This document shows positions 1 to 9,722 of a DNA stretch of 64,000 nt, piece by piece (positions within the stretch are counted from its first letter, which is position 1; each line of letters opens with the position of its first letter). The notes under the pieces are model-generated. The model had not been told where the DNA came from. It saw only the letters and a program-made list of their open reading frames with translations, and did no database searches. The DNA lies in assembly GCA_963727175.1 (NCBI GenBank), contig CAVSFD010000002.1, positions 856,782 to 920,781 on the forward strand, given 5' to 3'. The translations under genes and the position numbers were made by a program. This DNA is from an uncultured Spirochaetota bacterium (GTDB taxonomy: Bacteria > Spirochaetota > UBA4802 > UBA5550).

Positions 1-848
1 ATATCCGCAAGGCCCTCTCCATATTCCTGTTTAGAATTATCCCGAAAAGCCTTTTATCGCGCGCCTTCGGCTACCTTGCCCGGATACCGCTCCCGGCTTC
101 CTTCATGCAGGCCTTCATCAGGTGGTACAGCGCAAAATACGGGGTGAAGGATGAATACATCATTCCCAGGCACGGTTTTAAAACCATAGATCATTTTTTT
201 ACCCGCAAGATGAAAGAAGGCGTTCACACGATTGACCGGGCCGGCAACTGGGCCGTTTCCCCCGTTGACGCCCGGATCGACCAGTTCGGCGAAATTCGGG
301 ACACCACCATCATGCAGGCCAAGGGCCTCGGGTACTCGCTGCAGCACATGGTCCCATCAGACACCTACCGGAAATTCCTCTGGGGATCTTTCATGACCCT
401 CTACCTGTCGCCGGGGGATTATCACCGGATCCACGCGCCGGCCGATGGAATGGTCATCGGATACTACAACCTGCCGGGCACCCTTTTCACGGTACAGGAC
501 TGGATGGTGAGCAGCCTTCCTGACCTTTTCGTGAAAAACGAACGAATCATCACCTATATTCAAACAGCGGCCGGAACCGTGGCTGTCTGCAAGATCGGGG
601 CCATGAACGTCGGGCGCATCACCCTTTCATACTGCAAAATTCAGACCAACCGGACGTTCCGCAAACGGAATGAACTGTTCTTTACGACTGATGAGCAGGT
701 GCCGGTCTGCGCCGGAGACGAGCTTGGCACCTTTCATCTGGGATCAACCATCATACTCCTCTTTCAAAAAAACGCCATCACCTTTGACGATTTTAAGATC
801 GGCGACAGGATCAGGATGGGCAACAGAATCGGGACACTGCATTTCTAA
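1..848 (+). CDS. psd: phosphatidylserine decarboxylase, 5'-truncated at window edge
   Basis: The reading frame is open from the first base of the window (IRKALSIF... with no stop before the Met at 105). Contains the LGST autocleavage/pyruvoyl site (FHLGSTIILLF) and the LSPGDYHRIHAP motif typical of PSD proenzymes. Confidence 0.8.
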   Translation, partial: IRKALSIFLFRIIPKSLLSRAFGYLARIPLPASFMQAFIRWYSAKYGVKDEYIIPRHGFKTIDHFFTRKMKEGVHTIDRAGNWAVSPVDARIDQFGEIRDTTIMQAKGLGYSLQHMVPSDTYRKFLWGSFMTLYLSPGDYHRIHAPADGMVIGYYNLPGTLFTVQDWMVSSLPDLFVKNERIITYIQTAAGTVAVCKIGAMNVGRITLSYCKIQTNRTFRKRNELFFTTDEQVPVCAGDELGTFHLGSTIILLFQKNAITFDDFKIGDRIRMGNRIGTLHF

Positions 849-1145
849 AAAAACCAGCCTTATTTGTCCAAAAATCCGAGAAAAGTTCTTGATATTTTAC
901 CCCCCCATATAAATTTCATACATAGAGCAAGTGTATAAATTTTAATAGGGTATAATCAATCTCGGAACTTGAAACAATACCAGTGTAACGATATATTTTT
1001 AATGGACGCCGGTGCTGTCCCGATAGGCACGGGTTATATAATTTATATTTTTTACAGGAGAGTATATCGCTGAACAGCATTACAGGGATATTCTAGAAAC
1101 AAAAGTAACCAATTCATTTTTCCACCGTGACAAGGAGATTGCTAC

Positions 1146-1859
1146 ATGAAAACACCGGCCCTCGATAAATATATAAATGCCCAATTAAAATACTGGCAGC
1201 AGCAGAAGCATTCGCTTACAACGCCCCCGGAGAAAAAGAGCCTGCGTCAGTTCATCACCATATCCCGGGAATACGGCTGTTCGGGTTACGGCATTGCCCA
1301 GGAAATAGTTTCAATCATGAACAGCGGCGACGTGGCTCCGGAGCCGTTATGGGCCGCCTATGAACGCCAGGTGCTGGACCGCGTCATGGAAGAGATGGAA
1401 CTGTCTTCTCACCTGGTGAAGACGCTGACCGATGATGCCCTCAGGGACCTCTCCGACATTCTGAAGAGCGCCTTCAGCGACCTCCCGCCCCAGGTGGCAG
1501 TGTACCAGAAACTCGCGCAAACCATCCGGATCCTCGCCGCCCATGGCAACGTGATCCTCGTGGGCAGGGCCTCCAATGTCATCACCCGGGGCATGTCCGG
1601 CGGCTATCACGTCATGATGGTAGCCCCCATGGATTACAAAGTCGAAAACGTGATGAAATTCAAAAACATATCCAAAAAAGACGCCGAGAAGATGGTAGTC
1701 GAGAACACCGAGCGCCGCGAGAACTATATCAAAGAATACGTGAAATTTAACGTGACCGACCCCCATCATTACGACCTGGTCATAAACCTGGCAGACATGA
1801 CTGAGAAAGGTGCTGCCAAACTGATCATTGAAGGAATGAAGCTCAAAAGTTCACATTGA
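1146..1859 (+). CDS. cytidylate kinase-like family protein (AAA_28/Cytidylate_kin2-like)
   Basis: ISREYGCSGYGIAQEI P-loop-like N-terminus typical of the cytidylate kinase-like family common in anaerobes. 237 aa. Confidence 0.6.
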   Translation: MKTPALDKYINAQLKYWQQQKHSLTTPPEKKSLRQFITISREYGCSGYGIAQEIVSIMNSGDVAPEPLWAAYERQVLDRVMEEMELSSHLVKTLTDDALRDLSDILKSAFSDLPPQVAVYQKLAQTIRILAAHGNVILVGRASNVITRGMSGGYHVMMVAPMDYKVENVMKFKNISKKDAEKMVVENTERRENYIKEYVKFNVTDPHHYDLVINLADMTEKGAAKLIIEGMKLKSSH

Positions 1860-1868
1860 ACGGAATAG

Positions 1869-2357
1869 ATGAAACAGCCCTATTCTCAAAACTTTGAGTT
1901 GGGAACCCGCACCCTTCATTACGACTGCGGCAAATCCGTATTACTGTGCAGGGATTCAACAAGCGGGAAAAACCTCTGGATAAAAAAAATATCCGACATC
2001 AGCAGCATAGATACCGTGATCGAGGATTCATCACGGTATTATATTGCCTGTGAAACCGACGATATCAAGGGATATTACCTGGCCATCAGCAGGGAAACCG
2101 GGTCAACGGAATGGTTTATCCCCGGAAAGGCGTATTTCCATATCGTTTACAACGAGAGCCTTTATATCATCTTCACTGACGAAAAGAACGACTTCTACCT
2201 GATCAAGGCAGACTGCTCCGACGGGAAAAAGATATGGCACCGCCGGGTTAGAAATGATTTATGTGAATACAGTTTCTCCGCGGACCGGATCGTTCTGAAG
2301 TACGGTTCCGGGAAAGAGGAACAAATATCGTCCCTGACGGGAATCGCCATACAGTAA
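1869..2357 (+). CDS. hypothetical protein, possible small beta-propeller/PQQ-like repeats
   Basis: 162-aa ORF tightly spaced after the previous gene (10 bp). Repetitive Y/W-containing beta-strand-like segments. No confident family. Confidence 0.4.
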   Translation: MKQPYSQNFELGTRTLHYDCGKSVLLCRDSTSGKNLWIKKISDISSIDTVIEDSSRYYIACETDDIKGYYLAISRETGSTEWFIPGKAYFHIVYNESLYIIFTDEKNDFYLIKADCSDGKKIWHRRVRNDLCEYSFSADRIVLKYGSGKEEQISSLTGIAIQ

Positions 2358-2376
2358 TCGGGGGGAGGTACGGCAC

Positions 2377-2838
2377 ATGCTGAATTACGAGATAGAGGAC
2401 GCGTCGAAAATCCTGGCCATCATCAGGTCATTGAAGAAATACAAACCACCCTTCAGGATCGTGGGCGGATACCGCCTGATTGATAACGGCATCGATCCCG
2501 AGGCGACCGTCCAGATCGAGGCGCGGGGCAGGGTCATCCACGAGGCATCGAACGGCGCCGGCCCGGTAGACGCCCTCGCCAATGTGCTCAAGAAAGGGCT
2601 CACCCCGCTCTTCCCCGCTATCGCAATGGTCAAACTGATAGATTTCCACGCGGACATACTCGACGCGAAACGGGGCACCAGCACCGACGTCCAGGTAACG
2701 ATCATTTTCACGGACGGCAGCGACCTGTGGAAGGTTCATTCACTTTCAGAGAATATTAATGCCGCGTCCTTTAATGTGCTGATTGACGGTTTTGAGTATG
2801 CCCTGCTGAAGAAGGGCACCAAGAAAAAGAAGAAATAA
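2377..2838 (+). CDS. stand-alone LeuA allosteric/dimerisation-domain-like protein
   Basis: NGAGPVDALANVLKK... resembles the C-terminal regulatory (LeuA_dimer) domain of 2-isopropylmalate/citramalate synthases. Third gene of a tightly packed trio. Confidence 0.45.
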   Translation: MLNYEIEDASKILAIIRSLKKYKPPFRIVGGYRLIDNGIDPEATVQIEARGRVIHEASNGAGPVDALANVLKKGLTPLFPAIAMVKLIDFHADILDAKRGTSTDVQVTIIFTDGSDLWKVHSLSENINAASFNVLIDGFEYALLKKGTKKKKK

Positions 2839-2845
2839 CGGGTAT

Positions 2846-5800
2846 CTACTTGCGCAGGTCCTCTCGGTAGTATTCTATGCTGTAGGGAATCGATTCGTCC
2901 AGGATCGGCTCTCCTGCCTCGCCCCCCTTCTTGAACGAGCGGGCCAGGTTCACCCTGGCGAATTCATTATCAGAGTTAATATGCTGAGCGTAGTCGATCG
3001 ACTTCCAGTAACTGATTTCGCTCTTGGCCTCGTTGTTCTGGGCCTGGTACACGGCGCCCAGGTTGTTGTAGGCCGATGAAAGGAACTGGACGAGCTTCAC
3101 GTGACCCGGGAGGTCGCGCCGCGGTATCTTCATCTTGTCCATCTCGTATTCATAGGCGGAGACGAGCTTCAGGTATTCACCCTTGGCCGCGTCATAGCTG
3201 CCCATGTGATAGAAGGCGTTGCCCAGGGCGAACATTATCTCAGGGTTCTCGACGAAATCCTCGTAAAGGTTCAGCCACTGGTCCAGTGCCTTCTGGTAGA
3301 GCCTGTTCAGGTAATAGACCCGGCCCAGGTTATAATGCACTTCAGATGATTCATACCCTTCCTCGATCGCTTTCTCGTACTTATCGCGGGCTATCTGGTA
3401 ATTACCCATCCGCTCCGCGTCCTGATCGACGGTCTCGTCTTCAAGATCGCCATAACGCATTCTTACCTTGTCGAAGAAATAGTAGAAGATATTCCCCAGA
3501 AGGGCGTAGGTTTTACCCGTGCTCTCCGTTTCCTTGTAAAAATCCTCCCGCGTGAAATCGGGCGGATTTTCCGCCGCTTTGATTGCCCGGTTCAGGGTCT
3601 CATAGGCCTTTACCGGCTCCCTGCTCAGGTAATAGTACTCGCCCATGAGGTGAAGGGCGCCGAAGTAATCCGCGTTGTAATTCGAGCGCGACAGGTCGAT
3701 GGCCTTTTCGAGATGGATCTTCATCAGCTTCAGGTTGTTCTGGGCCCTGTTGAGCCGCGCGTACTGCAGGTGCAGGGGCGGGTAATCCTTGTCGCGTTTG
3801 TTCAGGGCCTCCAGGACGCCGTAAACCGCGGGAAATATATTATCGTCCACGTCCTTGAAGCGCGGCGACTGGACCCCGTAATCGATCCTGACATTTGACT
3901 CCTTCGATTTCTGCTTGTCGAGGTAATAGGACGCCAGCTTTGCCAGGAGTGACGAAGGTACATCCTGCATTAATTTTTTTTCAACAAGCTGCGCGTGGAC
4001 GTCTATGACCCGCTCAAAAACATCCCGTTCGATGTACAGGTTCAGCAGGCCGGAGTATCCTATCTCGGAATCCGGCTCCAGGTTAATAATGTCCTCGTAA
4101 TACTTCTTGGCCTTGAAGTACTGCCCCTGGAAAAAATACGCGTTGCCGATGCCGTACAGCGCAGTGATGTTATTCTTGTCCCTCAGGAGCGCCCGGCGGT
4201 ACATTTCTATGGCCACATCAAGCTGCGACCATTCCTCCCGCTTCTTGTCGCTGCCTGGGTAGTACCACCGGTTGATGTTAAGACGCATGGTGTTGTAGTA
4301 TTCCTTCGGCACTTTCGAATAGAAATAGCCGAGCTTGTTCAGAAGGTCGAGGTCATAGGCCTGGCCTTTTTTCATCTGAATATCATAGAGCTTGTTCAGC
4401 TTTTCTATGGAAAAGGCATATTCCTTTTTATCGAAATAGGCCTGGGCGTACTCGGTGTACCCGTACGGGTAGTCCTTGATGTAATTCTCATCAACGTCGC
4501 GGAAGAGCTTCTCCGCCTGCGCATAATCCTTCGGCTTCTTGAGATAATCCCCGCTTTCGCGGATGAGGGCCGTCCCCTCCCTGATCATGCGCTTGGCCGC
4601 CACGGGTTTATAAATAAACTGGTACCCGATGACCAAGAGCACACAGGTGACAGCGGCCGCCGCCCCCACAATCTTCGTTATCGTAAGGAGCCGTTTCTGT
4701 CGCTCGCGCCCCGCCGCGGCGTATTCCGGACGGGCGGCGATGACTCTTCGGGCCGGACCGATCTTCTCCTCGACAAGGGTTATTTTCTTCTGTAGTTTTT
4801 CCTCGAGATATTTGTGGATTGCACCTTCCGGCCTTCCCCCCAGTATCATGTTGATGAGCTGACGGGTGTCTTTTGCCGGCAGCAGGTCATTTACCACAAC
4901 GTCTTTAACCGCTTCGCGTATGGCCGGATTGAAAAGCAGTATGGCCTTTTTAAGGCGCGTAATGTCGCGATCAGACAGGTCAATGCCCCCCTCTGCCGCG
5001 GACGGCTGCGATGCCGCAGAGGCCCTGACCGGTTTTTCCCTTCTGGCCGGTTTCGGCTCTTCTTCAAGCATTTCAACCGAGAAGTGGTCTTCCTCTACAG
5101 CGGGCAGATCCGGTATGGAAGGACCCATGTCCTCTGTCTGTTGACGGACGGGTTCCTTTTTCTTGACTTTGCTGATTATGTCCTTCGATGGCTTGACCGA
5201 AGGAACTTCCCCCAATTCTTCAACGCTTTTAATGGATGCCAGGTCTTCGTCGGTAAGCTCGTCCATGGCCGCCTCGGGCATCTCCGGTTCAGCTGCAGGG
5301 ACAAACTCTTTTTCCGGGCTGGATTTCGGAATATCCATTTCAGGGATATCGATATCATGGACCTCCGGCATTTCGACTTTTCCATCGTCGAAGGAGATGT
5401 CGGAAAGGTCGGGTATTTCAGGCGGCAGCTCCTTCTCCAGGGTCACGCTTTTCGACGGTTTCGTTGCGGGGGCCTTCCCTTTTTCTTCGGGCACCCCGAT
5501 ATCCCCGGCTTCCATGTCTCGTGAGATTGCCTGGTCCGCAAGGTCCAGGTCCTCAAAGACCGGCGTTTCTTCCAGCTGCACCGGCTCCCGGACCGCTGCA
5601 GTTTCGGTGACCCGCGGCACTTCCGTCTCTTCTACAAAGGTTTCCGCGGGGGCGCGGTCCCGGTGGTCGAGTGATTCCGGCTCTCCGGCGGTGAGGAAAT
5701 CCAGCTCGTCGGCAGGGCTCAGGCCCTCAGGTTTTGCCGGCCTTTCCTCCGGCATGGCAGTAAATTTTTCCCCCGCCGCGCCGCGAGGGGGAATTTTCCT

Positions 5801-6127
5801 GCCCGGCACACCTTCCTCAACCTCGTGGATAAGTCCGGTAATGTCCTCGATGGGAGCGGCTTCCTCTTCGGGTTTCGATTCTTTGGTTAGGCGCTCCAGG
5901 TCACCGGAAGGGAGGGCGAGGTCCTCTGGCTCCTCGAATTTCTCAGGAGCGGCATGAAACTCCTCTTCAACAGCGGGTGCTTCCTCCTGCCCCGCTACGT
6001 CCGTTGCCGTCGACGCAGCTTCCCTCGCGCCATGGGGTTTACGCCCGCTCTGTTCAATCAGGTCCAGTATGCGCTCAATCTCGCTGCGCTCTTCAGGAGT
6101 GTATGATATTTCTTCTGTTTCAGCCAT
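2846..6127 (-). CDS. large TPR-repeat membrane-anchored protein with acidic/Pro-rich disordered N-terminus
   Basis: 1093 aa. N-terminal ~400 aa is E/P/D-rich low complexity. One predicted TM segment (LLTITKIVGAAAAVTCVLLVIGYQFIY). The C-terminal ~600 aa has many TPR-like repeats (AYFFQGQYFKAKKYYEDII, ALGNAFYHMGSYDAAKGEYLK and similar). Confidence 0.7.
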   Translation of the reverse strand: MAETEEISYTPEERSEIERILDLIEQSGRKPHGAREAASTATDVAGQEEAPAVEEEFHAAPEKFEEPEDLALPSGDLERLTKESKPEEEAAPIEDITGLIHEVEEGVPGRKIPPRGAAGEKFTAMPEERPAKPEGLSPADELDFLTAGEPESLDHRDRAPAETFVEETEVPRVTETAAVREPVQLEETPVFEDLDLADQAISRDMEAGDIGVPEEKGKAPATKPSKSVTLEKELPPEIPDLSDISFDDGKVEMPEVHDIDIPEMDIPKSSPEKEFVPAAEPEMPEAAMDELTDEDLASIKSVEELGEVPSVKPSKDIISKVKKKEPVRQQTEDMGPSIPDLPAVEEDHFSVEMLEEEPKPARREKPVRASAASQPSAAEGGIDLSDRDITRLKKAILLFNPAIREAVKDVVVNDLLPAKDTRQLINMILGGRPEGAIHKYLEEKLQKKITLVEEKIGPARRVIAARPEYAAAGRERQKRLLTITKIVGAAAAVTCVLLVIGYQFIYKPVAAKRMIREGTALIRESGDYLKKPKDYAQAEKLFRDVDENYIKDYPYGYTEYAQAYFDKKEYAFSIEKLNKLYDIQMKKGQAYDLDLLNKLGYFYSKVPKEYYNTMRLNINRWYYPGSDKKREEWSQLDVAIEMYRRALLRDKNNITALYGIGNAYFFQGQYFKAKKYYEDIINLEPDSEIGYSGLLNLYIERDVFERVIDVHAQLVEKKLMQDVPSSLLAKLASYYLDKQKSKESNVRIDYGVQSPRFKDVDDNIFPAVYGVLEALNKRDKDYPPLHLQYARLNRAQNNLKLMKIHLEKAIDLSRSNYNADYFGALHLMGEYYYLSREPVKAYETLNRAIKAAENPPDFTREDFYKETESTGKTYALLGNIFYYFFDKVRMRYGDLEDETVDQDAERMGNYQIARDKYEKAIEEGYESSEVHYNLGRVYYLNRLYQKALDQWLNLYEDFVENPEIMFALGNAFYHMGSYDAAKGEYLKLVSAYEYEMDKMKIPRRDLPGHVKLVQFLSSAYNNLGAVYQAQNNEAKSEISYWKSIDYAQHINSDNEFARVNLARSFKKGGEAGEPILDESIPYSIEYYREDLRK

Positions 6128-6463
6128 TATTATACCGGTTCCCTGACCTGGTTAATCCGCGAGACATAATCAGATACTAGGGTTCGCTCAATAAAAATCA
6201 ATCAATTTTTACTATCCATGGCCCCTCCCGGGGAGGCATGGAACAATCGCGCTTCTTGCAATAATTAATATAAATATTTACTATAAGATTATCGACATAT
6301 TTAACAGAAGAATAAACCAGATATTGGGAAAACGCCCAATCCTCAAGGGGAGCAGGGGGCCGGAAACATAAATATTTTTAATGTATTGGCGAAGATACGT
6401 CGATTTCCTGAATAGGCGCTTTGTGAAACGACATGCCCATATGGTATCAGAGGTCCCGTTATT

Positions 6464-7195
6464 ATGAAGTATAAAGTCATGGCCGTACTGGCATCGATCC
6501 TGTTCCTGGCTTTCAATAGCGATGAGGAAGCCGGGAAAACCATCTATTTCAATTCACTGAAAATCCTTAGCCGGGCTGACGGGCCGCAGAAGGTGGCCAT
6601 GATATATACCGGGCGCCATTCAGGGCAGAGCACCCTTGATTCGACCGGGATCCTGTTTTCCTACAAAAACAGAGGCGCGCAGTCAGTCAAGATATCGGGC
6701 AACTTCAGCCGCTGGAAACCGGTACAGATGGAGCGGAGCGATAACGGCGTATGGTATTATTTTCTCCCCGCCCGCGAGGGAGGCCGGGAGATAACGTATA
6801 AATATGTCGTTGACGGCATCCTCATACGGGACCCCCTGAATCCCGACCGCGTGGATGACCGTATGGGTTCGTACCTCTCCATTGCAGAGCCTGCAGTCAA
6901 GAGTGAAGGGAAGCATATCACCTGGCGTATGCTGGGCGGGAACATGGTGGAATTCAGGCTCTACCGTCCTGAGGCGAGTTTTGTTTCCCTCGTCGGCGAC
7001 TTCAATCACTGGAATCCCGAAGACGATCTTCTTGCCAGGGGAGATAACGGCGTCTGGCGCCTCAAGAAAAAGCTTTTCCGGGGCGTTTACCGGTACAAGT
7101 TCATTGTCGACGGTGAATGGATACCCGATGTCTACAACCGGCATTCCGCTTCCGATGATACGGGAGAGGTCTGCTCATTAATCGAGATCAAATAA
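6464..7195 (+). CDS. secreted protein with two tandem CBM48/AMPK-beta glycogen-binding-like (E-set) domains
   Basis: N-terminal signal peptide (MKYKVMAVLASILFLAF). Two copies of the motif GNFSRW.P..M......W...(L/F)P.G...YK(Y/F)(V/I)VDG.W..D (ISGNFSRWKPVQM...YKYVVDGI and VGDFNHWNPEDD...YKFIVDGEW). Confidence 0.6.
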   Translation: MKYKVMAVLASILFLAFNSDEEAGKTIYFNSLKILSRADGPQKVAMIYTGRHSGQSTLDSTGILFSYKNRGAQSVKISGNFSRWKPVQMERSDNGVWYYFLPAREGGREITYKYVVDGILIRDPLNPDRVDDRMGSYLSIAEPAVKSEGKHITWRMLGGNMVEFRLYRPEASFVSLVGDFNHWNPEDDLLARGDNGVWRLKKKLFRGVYRYKFIVDGEWIPDVYNRHSASDDTGEVCSLIEIK

Positions 7196-7267
7196 CAATC
7201 ATTATATCCTGCAAACGCGAGACCCAGTTTTCATTAAACCCATCCTGTTGACTTCTTTTTTTCAGGG

Positions 7268-7534
7268 CACGGGGCATTGCCTCTTAAAAGCACCCCGGGT
7301 GCTCCCTGGGTGTGCGAGACGCATTTTCGCAGTGAACCCATCGTATAGAATTTATTTTTGCCGGGCAAGGGGCGGAGACCCTTATAAGCCCCGCAGGGAT
7401 CCCCTGCGAATGCGAGACGCAGTTTCGCAGTGAACCCATCGTATAGAATTTATTTTTGCCGGGTAAGGGGCGGAGCCCCTTAAAAGCCCCGCAGGGATCC
7501 CCTGCGAGCGCAAGACACAGTTTCGCAATAAGCC
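7268..7534. repeat. ~98-bp intergenic tandem direct repeat, about 2.7 copies
   Basis: Unit 7313-7410 repeats at 7411-7508 (>90% identical), with partial copies before and after. Each unit carries internal hairpins (GGGGC...GCCCC and GCAGGGatcCCCTGC) and a TATAGAAT box. Lies between the CBM48 gene and the STAS gene. Confidence 0.85.
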
Positions 7535-7579
7535 AAATATTTGTTTGACAATTTATTAATATATGCATATTGTTAAAAC

Positions 7580-7918
7580 ATGGACAATATCAGCTTTGAA
7601 GAAAAGGGCAGTAAAATAATAGTCACCGCCGCTGGCGAATGGAACCTCGGCAATATAAAGGACATGGAGGTTGTCTTTTCCGAGATTCTGGCCAAAAAGC
7701 CCGGCATGATTGCCATAAACTGCAAAAACCTGATCGGCGTTGATTCCACAGCCATTGCGTCCCTGGTCAAAATGCTGAGAAAGACCAAGGAGATGAACAT
7801 CAAGCTTATTTTCTTCGACCTGAGCCCGAATATCTATCACACCTTCGAGCTTATGACCCTGAACAAGTTTTTCACGATTATGACCAAGAGCAGGTTTGAC
7901 GAGGAATTCGGAGTGTAG
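7580..7918 (+). CDS. STAS-domain anti-sigma factor antagonist (SpoIIAA-like)
   Basis: 112 aa with the typical SpoIIAA pattern (ITAAGEW.LGNIKDMEVVF.......MIAINCKNLIGVDSTAIASLV). Confidence 0.75.
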   Translation: MDNISFEEKGSKIIVTAAGEWNLGNIKDMEVVFSEILAKKPGMIAINCKNLIGVDSTAIASLVKMLRKTKEMNIKLIFFDLSPNIYHTFELMTLNKFFTIMTKSRFDEEFGV

Positions 7919-7947
7919 CCGGCATCAACAATTCACGGAAACTAACA

Positions 7948-7981
7948 AAGGGGGGCGTGTATGCCTCCCCTTTTCGTTTTT
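7948..7981 (+). terminator. putative rho-independent terminator after the STAS gene
   Basis: AAAGGGGGGCgtgtatGCCTCCCCTTTTCGTTTTT: a GC stem followed by a T-run. Confidence 0.55.
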
Positions 7982-7997
7982 ATATTCTATACAAACC

Positions 7998-8322
7998 TTA
8001 GTTAAAAGTAACAAACTTTACTCCGGGATTCGCGATAGTCGCCGGTGCGTATTCCTGCGCTGTATTTTGCATATTTGCATAAAGTGTACTCACATCAGCA
8101 CCGGAAGCATAATTTGAATCAACGACCCACCCGGTCATTTTTATCAGTATCATGCCAGCCACAGAGTGCGGTACTGTAATTCGGCGAAGCTTTTTTGGCA
8201 ATACATGCCAGCGTATACGATGAATCGCCATCCGTTGAATCACACCGCCGGTAAGGTGCCGTCCCATCAACATGAGTATTCACCATGGCGGTAACATTGA
8301 AATTAGTGCCGTCATGCACCAT
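7998..8322 (-). pseudogene. small low-GC hypothetical gene with an apparent 1-bp frameshift near 8130
   Basis: ATG at 8322 preceded by GGAAGGGG (Shine-Dalgarno). Two overlapping minus-strand ORFs (8119-8322 and 7998-8273) can be joined by removing one G from a GGG run, giving a ~108-aa N/T/D/S-rich protein. No family recognised. Confidence 0.35.
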
Positions 8323-8455
8323 CTTACCCCTTCCGGATAAAGGATATGAATGACCGGTACCGCTAACAGGGGTCGTTGTCCATGGAGTTCCCTAATTTTC
8401 AGTTTTTTTCCTTGAATATTCAAAAATACTGTTAAATCCGCAGAAACGTACCACG

Positions 8456-8496
8456 CAAAAGGGCGTTACAGTATGTAACGCCCCATCGCTCTTTTT
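8456..8496. terminator. bidirectional intrinsic terminator downstream of thioredoxin
   Basis: GGGCGTTACA-gta-TGTAACGCCC: a perfect 10-bp stem flanked by A/T runs on both strands. Confidence 0.6.
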
Positions 8497-8518
8497 ACGA
8501 CAATTTTAAACTTTTGCA

Positions 8519-8896
8519 TCAATTTACTTTAAGAACGTCCCTGATTATATCCTGGAAGGCATTTTTCGGCAGCGCCCCGGCAGCCATGCGGGGACTTTCA
8601 TCCATGGGAATAAAGAGAAGGCTCGGCACGCTCTGTATCCCGAAGGCCCCTGACAGTTCCGGCTCCTGATCTGTATTTACCTTGTAGATGTTGACTTTCC
8701 CGGCGTATTCCTCTGACAGCTCGGCAAGAACAGGCGCCACCATCTTGCAGGGCCCGCACCAGTCAGCGTAAAAATCAATTATTGCCGGAAGGGTTCCCTT
8801 GTAATTCCAATCCTTGTTTTTTTCAAAATCAAAAATTTTTTCCTTAAAGGCTTCTTTCGTTAACTGTTCCATTGTAACCTCATGTTCTTTTTTCAT
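8519..8896 (-). CDS. trxA: thioredoxin
   Basis: WCGPC active site and thioredoxin fold signature (FYADWCGPCKMVAPVL...VNTDQEPELSGAFGIQSVPSLLF). The start may be the internal Met (MEQLTKEAF). Confidence 0.85.
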   Translation of the reverse strand: MKKEHEVTMEQLTKEAFKEKIFDFEKNKDWNYKGTLPAIIDFYADWCGPCKMVAPVLAELSEEYAGKVNIYKVNTDQEPELSGAFGIQSVPSLLFIPMDESPRMAAGALPKNAFQDIIRDVLKVN

Positions 8897-9188
8897 TATA
8901 GATTTAATTCTAAGCTTTGTATCCCCCTGCTGAAGAAGGGCTGTGTAAAAAACACTTATCTCTATATATTCATGGAGCCTGATTTTATTAATATTTTAGT
9001 AATTCAGTTTTATCTAAATTACCTAATAACTTGTGAATCGTCAAGGGGCCGGTCAAATTTTTTTATAGACAGATTCCTCGCGGTGTACTATTTCATGTAT
9101 TCCGGAATTAAAAAACTGTCGTCCGCAAGTTTTTTTATGTAAAAATACATCTCCATACCACTACTATATACAGGAGCATCGGGGCTGA

Positions 9189-9722
9189 ATGCTGCTCTCG
9201 AAAAAAGAAAGGGAATTCAGGAAATCGTACAGTGATTATTATCCAATGATCCTGAACAGCCTCTATCACCGGGTGGGAAACAGGGAGGACGCGGAAGATA
9301 TCTGCCATGAGATCTTCGTGAACTATTACCTCAAATTCGAGGAGATCCGCGACCCGAGGAGCTGGCTTATCGGCGCCATGAAATTCTCCATCTCCAACTA
9401 TTACCGGAAACGAGCCGGGGCCGACACGACCAATGCTGATATAGCCGACATGGAAGACGACGTTCACCTCGCCTTCGAGAACGGTTTCAGGGATATCCGC
9501 ATCATTATTCACGATGCCATTGAGGACCCCGGGAACTACCGCGATGAAAAGGAACGGATCCTCTTCGATCTGATAGCCATCAACCATTATTCTCACCACG
9601 AGGCGGCGCAGCACCTTGGCATGACGAGGCGGCAGGCGGCGTACAAGTATCGTCAGGTGTCCCGGAGGATCCTGGACCGCCTGAACAAACGCGGCATCAC
9701 CAAGATAGAGGACCTGTTATGA
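9189..9722 (+). CDS. ECF-family RNA polymerase sigma factor (sigma-70 regions 2 and 4)
   Basis: Region 2 (DAEDICHEIFVNYY) and region 4 HTH (HYSHHEAAQHLGMTRRQAAYKYRQ). The stop overlaps the start of the next gene (ATGA). Confidence 0.75.
   Translation: MLLSKKEREFRKSYSDYYPMILNSLYHRVGNREDAEDICHEIFVNYYLKFEEIRDPRSWLIGAMKFSISNYYRKRAGADTTNADIADMEDDVHLAFENGFRDIRIIIHDAIEDPGNYRDEKERILFDLIAINHYSHHEAAQHLGMTRRQAAYKYRQVSRRILDRLNKRGITKIEDLL

Noticed and set aside
880-1145. Sigma-70 promoter (TTGATA ... TATAAAT) or terminator hairpin in the psd/cytidylate-kinase-like intergenic region
   Set aside because: Spacer lengths do not fit (13-15 bp), and the candidate hairpin has only a 4-bp stem.
7268-7534. 98-bp tandem repeats as a possible CRISPR array
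   Set aside because: The units are directly abutting with no unique spacers, are far longer than CRISPR repeats, and no cas genes are nearby.
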